DNA of 64,000 bases from Antedon mediterranea (lineage: Eukaryota; Animalia; Echinodermata): the NCBI RefSeq assembly GCF_964355755.1, contig NC_092677.1, positions 28,383,175 to 28,447,174 on the forward strand, in the 5' to 3' direction. Positions 62,865 to 64,000 of this stretch are shown piece after piece. The translations under genes and the position numbers were made by a program. The notes beneath the pieces are model-generated. The model did no database searches. It worked only from the letters and a program-made list of their open reading frames with translations, and was not told the origin of the DNA. Position 1 is the first letter of the stretch. Every line of letters starts with the position of its first letter.

Positions 62865-63665
62865 AATAATAATTTATTTTATTTTATTTTTATTTTATTT
62901 TATTCAATCAAAACCAACAGCGATAAATACCGCCACTAACAGGTTTGAAACATAAAACAATACAACATCAAAAACGGTTAACAATAAAATACAGATAAAA
63001 TATATATATATATATATAAAACATAGATTGGCATGCCATAAACAATTTCAATTAAAACAGGTTATGCAGGCTGTTCAAGAAGTGAACACATCATCGTCCT
63101 CTTAAAATAACCAAGTCTATCATTAAAAATATCGATATGATTGCTATTTAGATTATTAAATGTATAAGGTAGTCTATGAAAAAGTCCCCTCTTAGTACAG
63201 TCGACACGGCTAAAAGGAATATGCAATAAATGTCTATTTCGTGTACGACCAGGAACATTTAAACTAAATAGTGAAATTAATGAACAGTCATATTTAGAAT
63301 TTAAAATATTATATAAAAAAACCATATCAGATATCGTTCGACGATTGCTGACAGAATCAATGGAAAAGGCAAAATTAACACAGTTATAAGACAGGAATCG
63401 AACAAACTTCCGTTGAACAGTGTCGATTCGACGGGCCTGACATGGAGAAATTGAATTGAAAATTGCGGAACAATATTCAAGGTGAGGACGTATAATAGAT
63501 TTGTATAAAGATAAAAGTGCCCTGCCGTCGTTCATAAACCTACAATTTCTCCATATTAAGCCCATCATTCTATTAGCTTTTGACAACACATGATTAATAT
63601 GTGAACAAAAATTTAATTTACTATCAATAAAAATACCTAAATCTTTCCATACATAAACCATCTCA
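62865..63665 (-). mobile_element. 5'-truncated CR1/L2-group LINE (ORF2 C-terminus, 3' UTR, (TAAAA)n tail)
   Basis: KDLGIFIDSKLNF..HI...KANRMMGLI, LYKSIIRPHLEYCS, IDTVQRKF; stop at 63062; (ttatt)n tail at ~62870-62905. Confidence 0.88.
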
Positions 63666-64000
63666 AGATCATTGATATGAGAATAATAAGATACTGCATA
63701 CTTTTTTGTATACATATATATTTTCCCATATGGATATGCTTGTTTTTGATGTGATGAATGTATGTTATGCTATCATCCATATAGCTATGTTTGAGAATAT
63801 AGTGTGTTGATCTGATGTGTGATGTCTGATGGATTTAATAATGTTTAAAATTATCCAGACTAATTAAGCAGCGCCTTTTATTCTGTACATATTGTATACT
63901 TTAGTGCTGCCCACCAGCCTCTTGCACCACTCATTTAGATGGTGTACGGTGTGATATGTTTGGTTTAAATATGTTGATCATTCATTTTGTTTGAGAACTT

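Overview
AT-rich, intron-rich animal genomic DNA, probably an invertebrate deuterostome such as an echinoderm (taxon is inference). Nine spliced genes can be rebuilt by hand: FA2H (+), MEAK7/TLDC1 (+), NAPG (-), a C/EBP-gamma-like bZIP (+), a RING-less B-box/filamin/NHL TRIM-like gene (+), a MARVEL/CMTM-like gene (-), SLC9A8/NHE8 (+), RNMT (-) and the 5' part of a copine (+). Introns and spacers hold many minisatellites, MITEs, Helentron/HINE-like elements and LINE/SINE remnants. Main highlights: (1) a ~4.8 kb segment bounded by inner inverted and outer direct repeats that carries a frameshifted protein-kinase pseudogene and a 19-bp minisatellite; (2) a U12 AT-AC intron of SLC9A8 inflated from ~0.44 kb to 6.8 kb by four nested Helentron-like copies inserted at the same spot; (3) two intact homologous tandem exons for the copine C2B Ca2+ loop (candidate mutually exclusive splicing); (4) repeated short tandem duplications of exon ends, including two decoy copies of an SLC9A8 exon; (5) a candidate structured ncRNA at ~628-812; (6) TAGGCCTA clusters at gene 5' ends. 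All calls are by eye; no searches were run.
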